DNA of 64,000 nucleotides, from positions 50,502 through 114,501 of the IMG/VR virus record IMGVR_UViG_3300014613_000018. One strand, written 5' to 3'. Position 1 is the stretch's first letter; each line of letters begins with the position of its first letter. The position numbers and the translations under genes were made by a program. This DNA comes from a virus. The notes beneath the pieces are model-generated. The model was not told where the DNA came from. It worked only from the letters and a program-made list of their open reading frames with translations, and ran no database searches. Below, one piece after another: positions 26,366 to 36,589 of this stretch.

Positions 26366-28293
26366 TAAAACACCATTGCACTACTACTAAATTTTTCATT
26401 AGGCTTAATATCATTATCTAAGCTCCAGCTTTCATCTAATATTGGTAAATCATACTTTGATAATACTATACTGTTATACACACTACCTGCCATTCCTTGT
26501 GCTACATCATCACTACCATACTTATTCTTTTCAACTTTTTTACCATTCTTTTCTAATCCATAAATCTCTCTGTTAAAATCTTCAAACTGAAAGAAGTCTA
26601 ATCTATCTTCAATTATACACCATTTAAGATTATCAAATAAATCTTGACTCTTGCCATCTACACTTAATTTTTCAGCATTTAATCCTTCAGCTTGAAACGC
26701 TTGTAACATTTCTAAACTCTGATAAGTGTCTGCTGTAATCAAGCCTATTGGAAACTTTTTAATCTTCCATAACCACCATACTAAATCCCTTATTGTTCTT
26801 AACTGAAAAGGATTAACTTGACTAGGCTTGAACCTGTAAATTAAATCTATCTTAATATTAGCAGTCTTTTTATCTGTTAGCCCTGTAGGGTGAGACATTA
26901 CCAGCACAGCACTGTCGCCATTCTCGGCTAAATCAATATGAATAGCATACCACGCCCAATCTTGCCTAATTATATCTATAACATTACTAAAATCAGGAAT
27001 CTCATTATCTAGGCTATACTTGGGCATTGGATGTAACTCTTTTTCAGGTATAGGTGAAGTCCTATTTCTGTTAACTTTTTGAGGTAAAATTGATTGTGAA
27101 TCTGCCCACCATTGTCCAACTGCACTTGTAGGTCTTCCTGCATAATCCCTCAATCCAATTTCAGGTCTATCTCTAAACACATCATAATACTGATTGCTGC
27201 CTTCAACAGGGCCATAGGGAATCCTTAATATACTATCATCTAAGTTCTTGTTGTGTAACTTCCTTCGCTTGTAAACTTCATCATTAACTATTTTTTTCTT
27301 TTCAATATCAAAATGAAAATGAGGATATACTGGATTTCCTTCTGCATCTAAAAGATCAGGGTTAAATTCAGGTAGTTTAGCTTGCCACACAGGTCTAAGT
27401 TGCACCGTGTAAACTGTAGAGTCATTAGCTACTCTCTTAAAACTTCTCTGAAGAAAATCGTCTTTGTGCTCGGGATTGCCCACACAACACACATGTCCGT
27501 TATCTGCAAACCTACTTACTGTTCTTGCCTTCAATGCTGCATGTAACACTTCAGCTTGGTCTGTGTCTTCATCAGTAAGAGTTCTATCTTGTGCTGACTG
27601 AAACTTAGTGACCTCATCAATAATCGAAAATATAGTATCAAGGCCCAAAACACTATATTCAGAAGAACTACCGGGAACAATCGAAATGTTTTTATACAGC
27701 TTACCTATCTTATGGTTCTTTCTGTTTCTCGGCATAGCGTCAAATACTACCCTGCTCATTATTTGTGGGTCAGGTAGATAAAACTCATTAAACCATTCAC
27801 TTTGTAAAACAGACATATTTAACTTCTGGAATACCACCTCTTTAGCATTATCTTCTGTTCTTGACAGCATAACAATACTAATTTTTGAATTAGGTAATAG
27901 TTTAGCTCCAAGATTATTAAGTTCTTTAATAGGATTCCTGAGACAAAGTAAGTGTTGTGCCATAAAGCCGCACATCCAATTTAACTTTGTGCTTTTACCA
28001 GTACCTACAGCCTCACTAAAATAAGACTCTCTTTTAATAGGAGCTACTCTATAAGGATCGGTACCAAATATTGAAACCATGTCATCCATTACACATTGAT
28101 AACAACCTAATCCTGTACTTGGATTATACTGAGCATCCATAAATCTAGGGGATTCTATATACTCAACAATATTGATAGGTGTGTGCTCCCAAGTTTCCTC
28201 TTCTTTATCGGTAAACACACCTGCATCATTAGCAAAGGCATCTAAAGCAGAATCTATTCCTAGATAGTCTAATTCAACATTATGTTTTTTCAC
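26365..28293 (-). CDS. terL: terminase large subunit
   Basis: Walker A GTGKST, Walker B IIDEV, RNase H-like HIDLA...DTYQS...SDDVAQ. Confidence 0.88.
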   Translation of the reverse strand: MKKHNVELDYLGIDSALDAFANDAGVFTDKEEETWEHTPINIVEYIESPRFMDAQYNPSTGLGCYQCVMDDMVSIFGTDPYRVAPIKRESYFSEAVGTGKSTKLNWMCGFMAQHLLCLRNPIKELNNLGAKLLPNSKISIVMLSRTEDNAKEVVFQKLNMSVLQSEWFNEFYLPDPQIMSRVVFDAMPRNRKNHKIGKLYKNISIVPGSSSEYSVLGLDTIFSIIDEVTKFQSAQDRTLTDEDTDQAEVLHAALKARTVSRFADNGHVCCVGNPEHKDDFLQRSFKRVANDSTVYTVQLRPVWQAKLPEFNPDLLDAEGNPVYPHFHFDIEKKKIVNDEVYKRRKLHNKNLDDSILRIPYGPVEGSNQYYDVFRDRPEIGLRDYAGRPTSAVGQWWADSQSILPQKVNRNRTSPIPEKELHPMPKYSLDNEIPDFSNVIDIIRQDWAWYAIHIDLAENGDSAVLVMSHPTGLTDKKTANIKIDLIYRFKPSQVNPFQLRTIRDLVWWLWKIKKFPIGLITADTYQSLEMLQAFQAEGLNAEKLSVDGKSQDLFDNLKWCIIEDRLDFFQFEDFNREIYGLEKNGKKVEKNKYGSDDVAQGMAGSVYNSIVLSKYDLPILDESWSLDNDIKPNEKFSSSAMVF

Positions 28294-29012
28294 TTCTTAC
28301 CTCGTTTAGCCTTACCTCTAACAAGATCATTTACATCTTCCATATCATTGACCTCTTCATACTCAGCATCAGTAATCATTTTAGGTATATCTTCAGGTTC
28401 AGCAAACAGTAGCCTTTTCATATCATTAAAATCAGTCTCAATTAAAGGATAATCCTTCTGTATCCTCTTTAACCTTTTAGCTACACTTGCTATTTCATCG
28501 TCGGTGAAATTTTGCTGGCGAAGTGCAAGATAAAAAATCTTTGTAAGTTGCATTAAACTAGCATGATGCACCTCTAAACCTATCCTTTTAGTGTTCATTT
28601 GTGACTCTTCAATTTTAGCTTTAGAAGTTAAATGCTGTGTTAACATCCTTGAATGTCTACCAAGTTTATCCAGTATCTCTACTCTACTAACCTTTGCTTC
28701 TAATCTTTTTAACCTGTTAAGTAGTTTATTATAAGTAGTTTCGGGTATCTTTGTGTAGGCTCTGTTATCACTATAATCAGTTTCAACAAATTCCTCTAAC
28801 TCTAATTCTAAATCTTCATCAGTAGGAAGTTTATCTAATTCCTCTTCTAACCTTGCAATAGTACTCCACGCATGTTGAATAGCTGGCTGTACTTCATCTA
28901 ACTCTATATCAAGTTCAGCATAAGCCTTAATCTGTTTCTCTAATCGTTCTCTTTGTTTTCTGAAGGAAGCATATATCTCTTTTTCTTCAGGTAAATCTTT
29001 AGGTCTTCCCAT
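28290..29012 (-). CDS. putative terminase small subunit
   Basis: helical protein overlapping terL start; assignment by position only. Confidence 0.5.
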   Translation of the reverse strand: MGRPKDLPEEKEIYASFRKQRERLEKQIKAYAELDIELDEVQPAIQHAWSTIARLEEELDKLPTDEDLELELEEFVETDYSDNRAYTKIPETTYNKLLNRLKRLEAKVSRVEILDKLGRHSRMLTQHLTSKAKIEESQMNTKRIGLEVHHASLMQLTKIFYLALRQQNFTDDEIASVAKRLKRIQKDYPLIETDFNDMKRLLFAEPEDIPKMITDAEYEEVNDMEDVNDLVRGKAKRGKK

Positions 29013-29107
29013 TGTATACTATATTCCTACCTTTCTATTTCAATATACAAGTTAAGCTGAATTTACTTACGGTTGCAGATAAATCCAGCCTAAATTGCAG
29101 ACTAATC

Positions 29108-29527
29108 CTATTCCTTTCTTAGTTGTACAGTAAAGCCTAAATGATAACCTTTGCCACCACCTACAATCTTATCTACTTCTGCAACTAAGTTTTCTGGATA
29201 TGTATAAATAGCTTGATTAAAGTTTTTCATATAGCGTTTTCTTATTCTACCATCCTTTAATACTACAGTAAAATCAATGTTTCTTGGAATATAACCTACA
29301 TCATTACCTTTATACTCTAATCTAATAGCATAATCATCATAAGGATTATTAGCTTCTTTAATATAGTCTATTTCTTTATCTTCTCCTGATGTTCCTTTCT
29401 GCATAAGTTTAATTGCATCTTGTCTATGCTTATTTGGATTATTAGTACACACAAAGGAAGTACCTGAAGCATGAAACTCGATTGTAGCACCTTCATCTAA
29501 CCATGTATGGATTGTACTACTGTTCAT
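29108..29527 (-). CDS. stand-alone HIRAN domain protein
   Basis: EANNPYDDYAI...VGYIPR. Confidence 0.8.
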   Translation of the reverse strand: MNSSTIHTWLDEGATIEFHASGTSFVCTNNPNKHRQDAIKLMQKGTSGEDKEIDYIKEANNPYDDYAIRLEYKGNDVGYIPRNIDFTVVLKDGRIRKRYMKNFNQAIYTYPENLVAEVDKIVGGGKGYHLGFTVQLRKE

Positions 29528-29834
29528 TAGCTACCTTTTCCTCACTTACCTGTTTCTCTTTCATTTGACGCATTTTCTGTTCTCTTACAAGTAATCTAAA
29601 GTTACTTAATGCACACCTTTTAGCACTGCAACCTACTGGCATTTTCTTCTCTACAGTTTCACCATCTATTACTTCAGTGCCTACAGTGTGCAATCCTACA
29701 TACCCTCTACCATAACATTTAGTACACTTAGGATTAGCTAACATTGTAAATAATCCTTGCCAATCCTCACAAGTTTCCAGCTTCTTAGAAGTAGGAGATT
29801 TAACATCATCATTAATTACAGTTTCATCATTCAT
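29517..29834 (-). CDS. zinc-finger protein
   Basis: CTKCYGRGY...C...C. Confidence 0.65.
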   Translation of the reverse strand: MNDETVINDDVKSPTSKKLETCEDWQGLFTMLANPKCTKCYGRGYVGLHTVGTEVIDGETVEKKMPVGCSAKRCALSNFRLLVREQKMRQMKEKQVSEEKVANEQ

Positions 29835-30616
29835 TTCTCAATCCCTTCAGGTACTTTAATCCACACACCACCGAATATTTTTACTATCTCTTTAATCTGA
29901 TCATCATGTAAGTATCTACACAGCCTACCAAACATTGAGCTACCATCAATTTCTAATTTATCAATATGTATAGTATCTCCATATGCTTCTCTACAAGTTA
30001 TCAATACTTGGTCATATACTTCTCTTGCTGCTACTCTGCCTAATCCAAACTCATTTTTAAGTAACTTCATTGCTTCTGTTACATTCATGTTTATATCACT
30101 GGAAAAAACTAAGGCTTTTAGATGCTCATAAGCTAATCCTTTAATCCCTCCTAATTCTACTGCATTTTGAGTACTAATATGCTTCTGTAACAAGCTAGTA
30201 TATCCTTTCTCTACTAATTCAAAAGTATTCCAATAATCTAAATCTAATGGGTCTACTAATATTTCATTTTTATTATCTCTATTTCGCTTTACATAATAAT
30301 TTATACTACGATGCTTAATGCTCATTCTATAGTAACCTTCACTAGGCTTACCTATAGGTCGCCAACCGGGAATGATTTCAGTTAACATTACTTCAATTAA
30401 GTGTGCTTCTAAATCCTCATCAAACACACTATGGTTAAACCTTAAACTATAAGCCTTAACTGCACCATTAAGAATAGGCAGTAAATCCTTCATTATAGCA
30501 TTTCTTAATGTTATCTTTTCCTTTTTATCATTACATCTATAGTAATCAATATTTAACTTTTCAAAGAAATCCTTATCTACTATGTTACACATTTTAACCA
30601 CACTTACTATAACCAC
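29831..30616 (-). CDS. putative transcription regulator (sigma-like N-terminus, Mor-like C-terminus)
   Basis: C-terminal IVKIFGGVWIKVP resembles Mor FGGxxxYxP; upstream of packaging genes. Confidence 0.45.
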   Translation of the reverse strand: MVIVSVVKMCNIVDKDFFEKLNIDYYRCNDKKEKITLRNAIMKDLLPILNGAVKAYSLRFNHSVFDEDLEAHLIEVMLTEIIPGWRPIGKPSEGYYRMSIKHRSINYYVKRNRDNKNEILVDPLDLDYWNTFELVEKGYTSLLQKHISTQNAVELGGIKGLAYEHLKALVFSSDINMNVTEAMKLLKNEFGLGRVAAREVYDQVLITCREAYGDTIHIDKLEIDGSSMFGRLCRYLHDDQIKEIVKIFGGVWIKVPEGIEK

Positions 30617-33600
30617 ACTCTGTACAAGTGAGGCAACCTTCTACTCGCTGTAAAGTATATTCCTTACAGTTTGGGCATTGTTTACTTTTAGGTAATTCTA
30701 TAATTTCATCTATTGACTTGCAAGTATAATCTTGAGTTGCAACTTCAATATCCTCATTTAAATCTAACTTCCTAAAATGCTTATGAATAACTGTGCCTAT
30801 TGCATCCAGTATACTCTTCAAACACTTCCTTTTACCTCTCCTATACTCATAAAAGCTACCTGCATTAGGAGACTCATACTTACAAAATTCATCAAACAAA
30901 TGGTCTGCTCTAATGCCTCTACGCCACAATGAAGTAATAGACCTTGATAATCCATCTAAGTATTCTTGATCCTTAGAATTATTCACCGTAAAGAATATTT
31001 CAAAAGGCTCTTCCTCTAAATCATTGATGGTAATGTACATTGGTGATTCATTAGGATTAAACTTAACTTTGTAAGTGCATCCTTCTAAATCATTAGGTCG
31101 TTTTTTAGGATTAGCCACATAATCTATTACTTCAATGTCATAATCATAATCATCATTATCATCATCTAAATCTTCAGTATCCCATGAAACAGGCTGATCA
31201 TCTCTGCAACCATCTCTGTAAACTGTAACACCTTTAATACCATTTTTCCAACAGTACATATAAACATTACTTACATCTTCTACTGTAGCATCTTTTGGTA
31301 AGTTTACAGTTTTACTTATAGCACTGTCACAATGATAGGCAATAACCTTTAACACAGCTAAATGATCATTGACTGTAAGTGAATACTTTTGCTCTGTACC
31401 GCCAACAAATCTAGCATGATTAGGAAACTCGGTAAGATTATTGTCAACCATATACTTATCTATTATAGGATTGCCTACTACATCTCTACCTAAGTCCTCA
31501 TTACGCACGACTGTAGGAGCAAAGTGTGGCTCAATCCCATAACTACATCCAATTAATCCACTAATCGTACCTGTAGGAGCAAATGATAGTAATGTAGAAT
31601 TTCTTCTAGGAGCAAAGTCTGCTTTATCAGGGTCATAGTCAGGGAATGTACCTTTAGTTAAGGCTAATTGTTCACTTGCAAATTTAGCTTCATTATAAAA
31701 GGAAGTCATTAAATCTTCAAGAAACTCTAAACATTCAGGATTGTCACCATATGGTATTCCTAATAGAAACAATGTATCAGCAAGTCCAGTAAACCCTAAA
31801 CCAATAGGTCTAGTCTTTTTAGCTACCTCTTCTATTTCAGGAATTGGGTAAGAAGCTAAATCAATAATACTATCCATGTGCTTAACCATTTTGTTTACTA
31901 CAGACTTAAATTTATCGTAATCAAATCCATTAGTACCCTCGATTACAAAGCTAGGTAGGATAATAGAAGCCAATAAACATTGACCATAAGGTACTAAAGG
32001 CTGCTCCCCACAATTTGCTAAGACACTACCTTGACAGTAGTTATGGTGAGGGGGAACATGCATCTGGTAATCCCATACCTCTTCTCTACCTAATGGTTGA
32101 ATACTTGTTACAAAAATTCGTACCTTATTCCGAATTGATTTTTTAATATTATTTTTCTTAGTGGCTGCAAAAAATCCTATTTTAACTTGAAAAATTTCTG
32201 CATAGCTATTGGGAGTCTGAACATTATAACTTTTCTTACTTACATAGTCTCCATTTTCCCAGTGTACTGTTGCAGCTTTATTTTCACAGATAGACGCATG
32301 AATATTCATGCTACCTAAAATTAGTTGAATATGTTCAGCTAATTTTGAATTAGTAGTTTTTAATGAAATTTGTCCATGATGATTGCAAGAGCCGTTAGCT
32401 GCATATACCCCTCTAAGAAATGAGTGTGGTCTTCCTAACAGTACATCTTCTGGTAAATTCCTGCACCAAACAGGATACTCTAAAAAATCTATATTAATTT
32501 TTGCTTCTACATCTTTACGATTCATATAATAAGCCCCTGAGTCTTGCCTATGAAATCCAAACTCCTCAAGCATACTTGCAACTTCGGGTTCCTTATCGGG
32601 ATTAAGCTTTACGGAAACACCTTGCCTTTTACCACAAATAAAACCATCCCCAAATAAAAATCCTCGTACCATTTCATTAACTTGTACAAAATTGCTATAA
32701 CTACAAGCAGTTAATTCTTCCCACTCGCTAGGCTGCATTAACTCTTTATTTAAACAATACTGTGCTTGACATTTTGTACCATCTTTTAGAATAATTTCGT
32801 GATTAGGAGTACACTTTATCTTCAACCCAGTATTAGTACTCAGTTCCACAATATTTTGAATACCAGTTTTCCACGACCTCCAACTTTCAGCATTTTGATC
32901 TGTAATATACCGCAATCTATCCACATCCCACAGTAAGGTATCTGCTGGCTGACATGGATTCGTTTCTTTAATCTCATACTTATACCTTAAAGGAAACTTA
33001 TTATTGATAGTATCAAGGAATACAACTCCGGGTTCAGCAGATTTCCAAGCACACTCACAAATTTCATCCCACAATTTCCTAGCACTAACTGTTCTATAAA
33101 CCTTGTTCGCAAATACTAAGTTCCAATTAAAATCACCTTCCACTGACCTCATAAATTCATCTGAAACACCTACAGAAACATTAGTATTAGTCCACCTTTT
33201 ATGGTCTGTCTTAGCATGAATAAATTCTTCAACATCAGGGTGATCTACATTCAGTATACTCATTTTAGCTGCTCTTCTTGACCCACCTTGTCGTATGGTT
33301 TCAGCATATCCTTCATGAGCATCTATGAAACTACAAGCACCACTACTACCATGTTCTGCACCCTGTACTGGAGCATCTTTAGGTCTTAATATTGAAAAGT
33401 TAGTACCTACTCCACCGCCTTTCGCATATACTTTAACTGTATCAGATTGACACTTCATTATTGCATCTAAGGAATCTTCTAACAGAGGTACAGTATTACA
33501 ATTCCCCGGCATATTGTTTCCATTTCCACCCATGTTAGATATGATTCTACCACCAAAGATACCATACTTGTTCATTAAAATTTGGAATATCTCTTCATCT

Positions 33601-33719
33601 TCAAATGAGATTCTTCTAAAAGTTTCCTCTATAGTTTCCTTAGTACCGTCTTCTTTAGTCTGTGCATATCTATCTTCAAATATTTTGTGTTGATATTCAG
33701 TAGTAAAATACTCTTCCAT
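30594..33719 (-). CDS. nrdJ: class II (B12-dependent) ribonucleotide reductase with intein
   Basis: GGGVG, RRAAKM, EPGV, TNP-[intein]-CGEQPL, RPIGLG, APTGTIS, SKTVN; C-terminal Zn ribbon; no nrdB in window. Confidence 0.92.
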   Translation of the reverse strand: MEEYFTTEYQHKIFEDRYAQTKEDGTKETIEETFRRISFEDEEIFQILMNKYGIFGGRIISNMGGNGNNMPGNCNTVPLLEDSLDAIMKCQSDTVKVYAKGGGVGTNFSILRPKDAPVQGAEHGSSGACSFIDAHEGYAETIRQGGSRRAAKMSILNVDHPDVEEFIHAKTDHKRWTNTNVSVGVSDEFMRSVEGDFNWNLVFANKVYRTVSARKLWDEICECAWKSAEPGVVFLDTINNKFPLRYKYEIKETNPCQPADTLLWDVDRLRYITDQNAESWRSWKTGIQNIVELSTNTGLKIKCTPNHEIILKDGTKCQAQYCLNKELMQPSEWEELTACSYSNFVQVNEMVRGFLFGDGFICGKRQGVSVKLNPDKEPEVASMLEEFGFHRQDSGAYYMNRKDVEAKINIDFLEYPVWCRNLPEDVLLGRPHSFLRGVYAANGSCNHHGQISLKTTNSKLAEHIQLILGSMNIHASICENKAATVHWENGDYVSKKSYNVQTPNSYAEIFQVKIGFFAATKKNNIKKSIRNKVRIFVTSIQPLGREEVWDYQMHVPPHHNYCQGSVLANCGEQPLVPYGQCLLASIILPSFVIEGTNGFDYDKFKSVVNKMVKHMDSIIDLASYPIPEIEEVAKKTRPIGLGFTGLADTLFLLGIPYGDNPECLEFLEDLMTSFYNEAKFASEQLALTKGTFPDYDPDKADFAPRRNSTLLSFAPTGTISGLIGCSYGIEPHFAPTVVRNEDLGRDVVGNPIIDKYMVDNNLTEFPNHARFVGGTEQKYSLTVNDHLAVLKVIAYHCDSAISKTVNLPKDATVEDVSNVYMYCWKNGIKGVTVYRDGCRDDQPVSWDTEDLDDDNDDYDYDIEVIDYVANPKKRPNDLEGCTYKVKFNPNESPMYITINDLEEEPFEIFFTVNNSKDQEYLDGLSRSITSLWRRGIRADHLFDEFCKYESPNAGSFYEYRRGKRKCLKSILDAIGTVIHKHFRKLDLNEDIEVATQDYTCKSIDEIIELPKSKQCPNCKEYTLQRVEGCLTCTECGYSKCG
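32013..32954 (-). mobile_element. 314-aa intein with LAGLIDADG homing endonuclease
   Basis: begins CQPADT after TNP; CTPNH block B; GFLFGDG / FLRGVYAANG; ends VLAN before CGEQ. Confidence 0.92.
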
Positions 33720-34310
33720 TTAACTCCTTACTAACATTTTAGGTTCAACAATATTCATAAAATCTTCCAATTTAAGGATGTAAACATGCTCCATATAAGG
33801 TAAATGTTCTTCCTCAATAAACTTTTTAGTAATTCCTACACTGCGAAATTGCTTACTATATAGACTACTCACATTAGTACCTGCCAGAGGGTACATTATG
33901 TAATCTGGAAAGTAATTTTTAGTAAACACTAACATTGGAATTTTACTAGCTCTAAATCCTTCATTACAAGATTGATACCAGTATTCTCCTAATCCACATG
34001 GAGCATTAGGCTTACCTATATTTTTACCTTTTTGGATAAGTGAAGGTGCTTTAGCAATAGTAGTCTGAAACAATTCCTTAAAATCCCAACTTTCAGTACA
34101 TTTACACTCAATGGTTGCATTAAATCCTTCAGGTGTACATAGATCACCAATTACATCATCTCTTTTTGCCCATCTTAATCCGCCCGATGCTGGCGTCTTG
34201 AAAAACTCACCTTCTAATTCACCACTTTGCCACCAAGCTGTAAACAGTTTAGCAATCTTCCTCTCGAATGTGCTACCCTTATTCTTCGCACCTTTTCCTT
34301 GTGATGCCAT
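33720..34310 (-). CDS. Holliday junction resolvase (PD-(D/E)xK, Hjc-like)
   Basis: KGSTFERKIA...GDL...IECK. Confidence 0.8.
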   Translation of the reverse strand: MASQGKGAKNKGSTFERKIAKLFTAWWQSGELEGEFFKTPASGGLRWAKRDDVIGDLCTPEGFNATIECKCTESWDFKELFQTTIAKAPSLIQKGKNIGKPNAPCGLGEYWYQSCNEGFRASKIPMLVFTKNYFPDYIMYPLAGTNVSSLYSKQFRSVGITKKFIEEEHLPYMEHVYILKLEDFMNIVEPKMLVRS

Positions 34311-34543
34311 TATTCAAGTGTAAAATAAGGATGGTAAGGTACCGTCCACGGCACTGTAGGGTATGGATTGTAAGGTTCACCAAGAGGATAAGTAGGATAC
34401 TGAGTTATGTAAATATACTCCTTTTCCTTCTCTACTCCAAACATATCGTTAAGTTCCTTCTGTAGTGCTTTAGCTTCCTCTACAGTTAACTCTAATTTAT
34501 CACCATCAATATTCTCTATTGTAATCTTAGTTGTTTCTATCAT
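34310..34543 (-). CDS. hypothetical protein
   Basis: TAATG coupling. Confidence 0.65.
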   Translation of the reverse strand: MIETTKITIENIDGDKLELTVEEAKALQKELNDMFGVEKEKEYIYITQYPTYPLGEPYNPYPTVPWTVPYHPYFTLE

Positions 34544-34833
34544 TATAGTATCTCCAATTCATTTTCAATCTCTACAATCCTAGCAGTTACACACTCCATG
34601 AAAACAACTTCAACATTATCTATAGCATCTTGTAGTGCTTGACTTGTAACCCTATTTTCACTAAGAGAAAATAAACTTGTACGATGAATGTTGTCAGGTA
34701 ACTTACTTGAGGTGTGAGGATAAGAATAACTAAGACTCTGTTCCGCCCACTCCGCTGCTACTCTAACATACCCCTTTAAAACCATCAGTTCATCTAACAA
34801 TTTTTCTACTCTATCTGCGTATTCAAGTTTCAT
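34543..34833 (-). CDS. hypothetical protein
   Basis: operon context. Confidence 0.65.
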   Translation of the reverse strand: MKLEYADRVEKLLDELMVLKGYVRVAAEWAEQSLSYSYPHTSSKLPDNIHRTSLFSLSENRVTSQALQDAIDNVEVVFMECVTARIVEIENELEIL

Positions 34834-34834
34834 T

Positions 34835-35092
34835 CTAAAATCCTTCCCATTCTACAGGAGCTTCAGGTTCTACTCCATTTTCTTCACATTCTTTTATATA
34901 CTGATTTATTACATTACAAATTACACTTCTAAGGCCATTATAATAACTACACCAAGGTACTGTATCTCTAATCATCCCACCTAATTCACCTGCATAACTT
35001 CCATCATCTTGTAAGTGACCTATTGTCCAGTAACCAGTATGGTCATCTTTGAAGTAAATTAGATTACTTTGCTTAGACTCAGTTTCAAACAT
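34835..35092 (-). CDS. hypothetical protein
   Basis: GGGAG RBS. Confidence 0.65.
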   Translation of the reverse strand: MFETESKQSNLIYFKDDHTGYWTIGHLQDDGSYAGELGGMIRDTVPWCSYYNGLRSVICNVINQYIKECEENGVEPEAPVEWEGF

Positions 35093-35254
35093 TTATTCTC
35101 CCGTATAAAAAATCATTGCTTGAGCATAACCATCCCAGTCTTCCTCTACTGTCCAACATACACCACCTTGAGGAATCCAACCGTCTACAATATGAGCATT
35201 AACCTTTTCACATAAAGAATCTAAGTTTTCCGCAGTTACAACATTATACTTCAT
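35093..35254 (-). CDS. DUF1737-like small protein (not in ORF track)
   Basis: KVNAHIVDGWIPQGG...YAQAMI. Confidence 0.65.
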   Translation of the reverse strand: MKYNVVTAENLDSLCEKVNAHIVDGWIPQGGVCWTVEEDWDGYAQAMIFYTGE

Positions 35255-35255
35255 T

Positions 35256-35447
35256 TTATTCCTCTCTTAACTTTTTTACAATCTTACTCAACCAACCCTT
35301 AAAAGAATCTTGTTTAATCATTGCTTGAATGTATCTGTCATTATCATAATGGATACCACCTTGACACTTCCAACCTTCATTTAAGTGAATATTTACTCTA
35401 TCCTTTAACTTATAAATACTGTCACTTCTAATGAAGTCATATTGCAT
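35256..35447 (-). CDS. DUF1737-like small protein
   Basis: RVNIHLNEGWKCQGG...YIQAMI. Confidence 0.65.
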   Translation of the reverse strand: MQYDFIRSDSIYKLKDRVNIHLNEGWKCQGGIHYDNDRYIQAMIKQDSFKGWLSKIVKKLREE

Positions 35448-35652
35448 ACTCAAGTCCTGTAAAATCTTCACCTTTGAAAGTGTCAACATTGCCTACAAAT
35501 TTACTACTTACAATTACTAGCTCTTCAATCTCACCATAATTATTTACTGCACTCTTGTTTCTAAGTTCCTCTGTAGCACCACAAATAAATCTCTCTTCAG
35601 ACTCACCTGTAACAGTATCCTTAACCTTGTACTTGTAAACCTGTTCTGTCAT
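35437..35652 (-). CDS. hypothetical protein
   Basis: operon context. Confidence 0.6.
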   Translation of the reverse strand: MTEQVYKYKVKDTVTGESEERFICGATEELRNKSAVNNYGEIEELVIVSSKFVGNVDTFKGEDFTGLEYAI

Positions 35653-35912
35653 TTTTCCTCCATTTCATATAAATTATTCATTTCGCCTACTGGAAAATAC
35701 TTCTGAATTACTCGTTTAATCTCATCACACATTGCTAACATTTCTGGCCCTTCAGGTAAATTCTTATCCTCAAATCTCATTATAGTTCCGGCTCCACTAT
35801 ACATAAATTCATCTGGGTAACCGTGTGACCTAATTTCAATAATTCCTTCATCGTCACTTTCATTCATTCTTGCAAAGAAAATATTTAACCTTACTGCATC
35901 TTTGTTAATCAT
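35649..35912 (-). CDS. hypothetical protein
   Basis: operon context. Confidence 0.65.
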   Translation of the reverse strand: MINKDAVRLNIFFARMNESDDEGIIEIRSHGYPDEFMYSGAGTIMRFEDKNLPEGPEMLAMCDEIKRVIQKYFPVGEMNNLYEMEEK

Positions 35913-36579
35913 TATTGTCCTTTTCTACTAATTCCATTTCTTGTACTAATACCTTAAATAGTCTAGGTGATTTATCATCCATTTCACTAAAAATTGCAAA
36001 TCCTTTTTCAGGGTTAAAAGATATACACTGATACTTATCTTCAAAGTTATTCTCAGCACCACACATGATTGACCATAAATCATTTATGATAGTGTACTCA
36101 ATAGTAACATAAGGTGCTATTACATCTTCACTTAGCTTAACTGCATGTTCAGATGCAATATCAGTTGCTTCTACTACCTTTTCAAGTACAAAGTAAGGAA
36201 ATGCATACTCATCACTATTAGAAAACCTACAGGAAACCCCATAATAATCAAACTCTATAACTTCTCCTTCTTGACCTACACTATCCGTCATTTCTTCTAC
36301 CCAACAGTCATTCCAACCATCTTCATAATCTTTGGCTATTCTAGTAACTCTTACCTTGTCACCTTCCTGAATATCATTTGCAATTGACCACTCAGATTGT
36401 CTATCATTATAAGATTTAGCTACTTTCTTTTTGGTTTCCTTAACTGCTTCCTTATACTTTTTAGTGTTCATACAATTACCACAAGTAACCATATTGACAC
36501 TTTTAGTAGTGTCATGCGAATTACCTACAACTCCACAAGCAGTATAATACTCATTCACATCAAAGTGTATCTTTTCCAT
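35905..36579 (-). CDS. multidomain hypothetical protein (Zn motif + SH3-like)
   Basis: H...TACG...VTCGNC; GDKVRV. Confidence 0.7.
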   Translation of the reverse strand: MEKIHFDVNEYYTACGVVGNSHDTTKSVNMVTCGNCMNTKKYKEAVKETKKKVAKSYNDRQSEWSIANDIQEGDKVRVTRIAKDYEDGWNDCWVEEMTDSVGQEGEVIEFDYYGVSCRFSNSDEYAFPYFVLEKVVEATDIASEHAVKLSEDVIAPYVTIEYTIINDLWSIMCGAENNFEDKYQCISFNPEKGFAIFSEMDDKSPRLFKVLVQEMELVEKDNND

Positions 36580-36589
36580 TTCAACCTTT

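Noticed and set aside
25190-29107. Shared late-promoter motif (TGCA...TGTAT) upstream of terS and portal
   Set aside because: Spacing is inconsistent between sites; cannot be supported by eye
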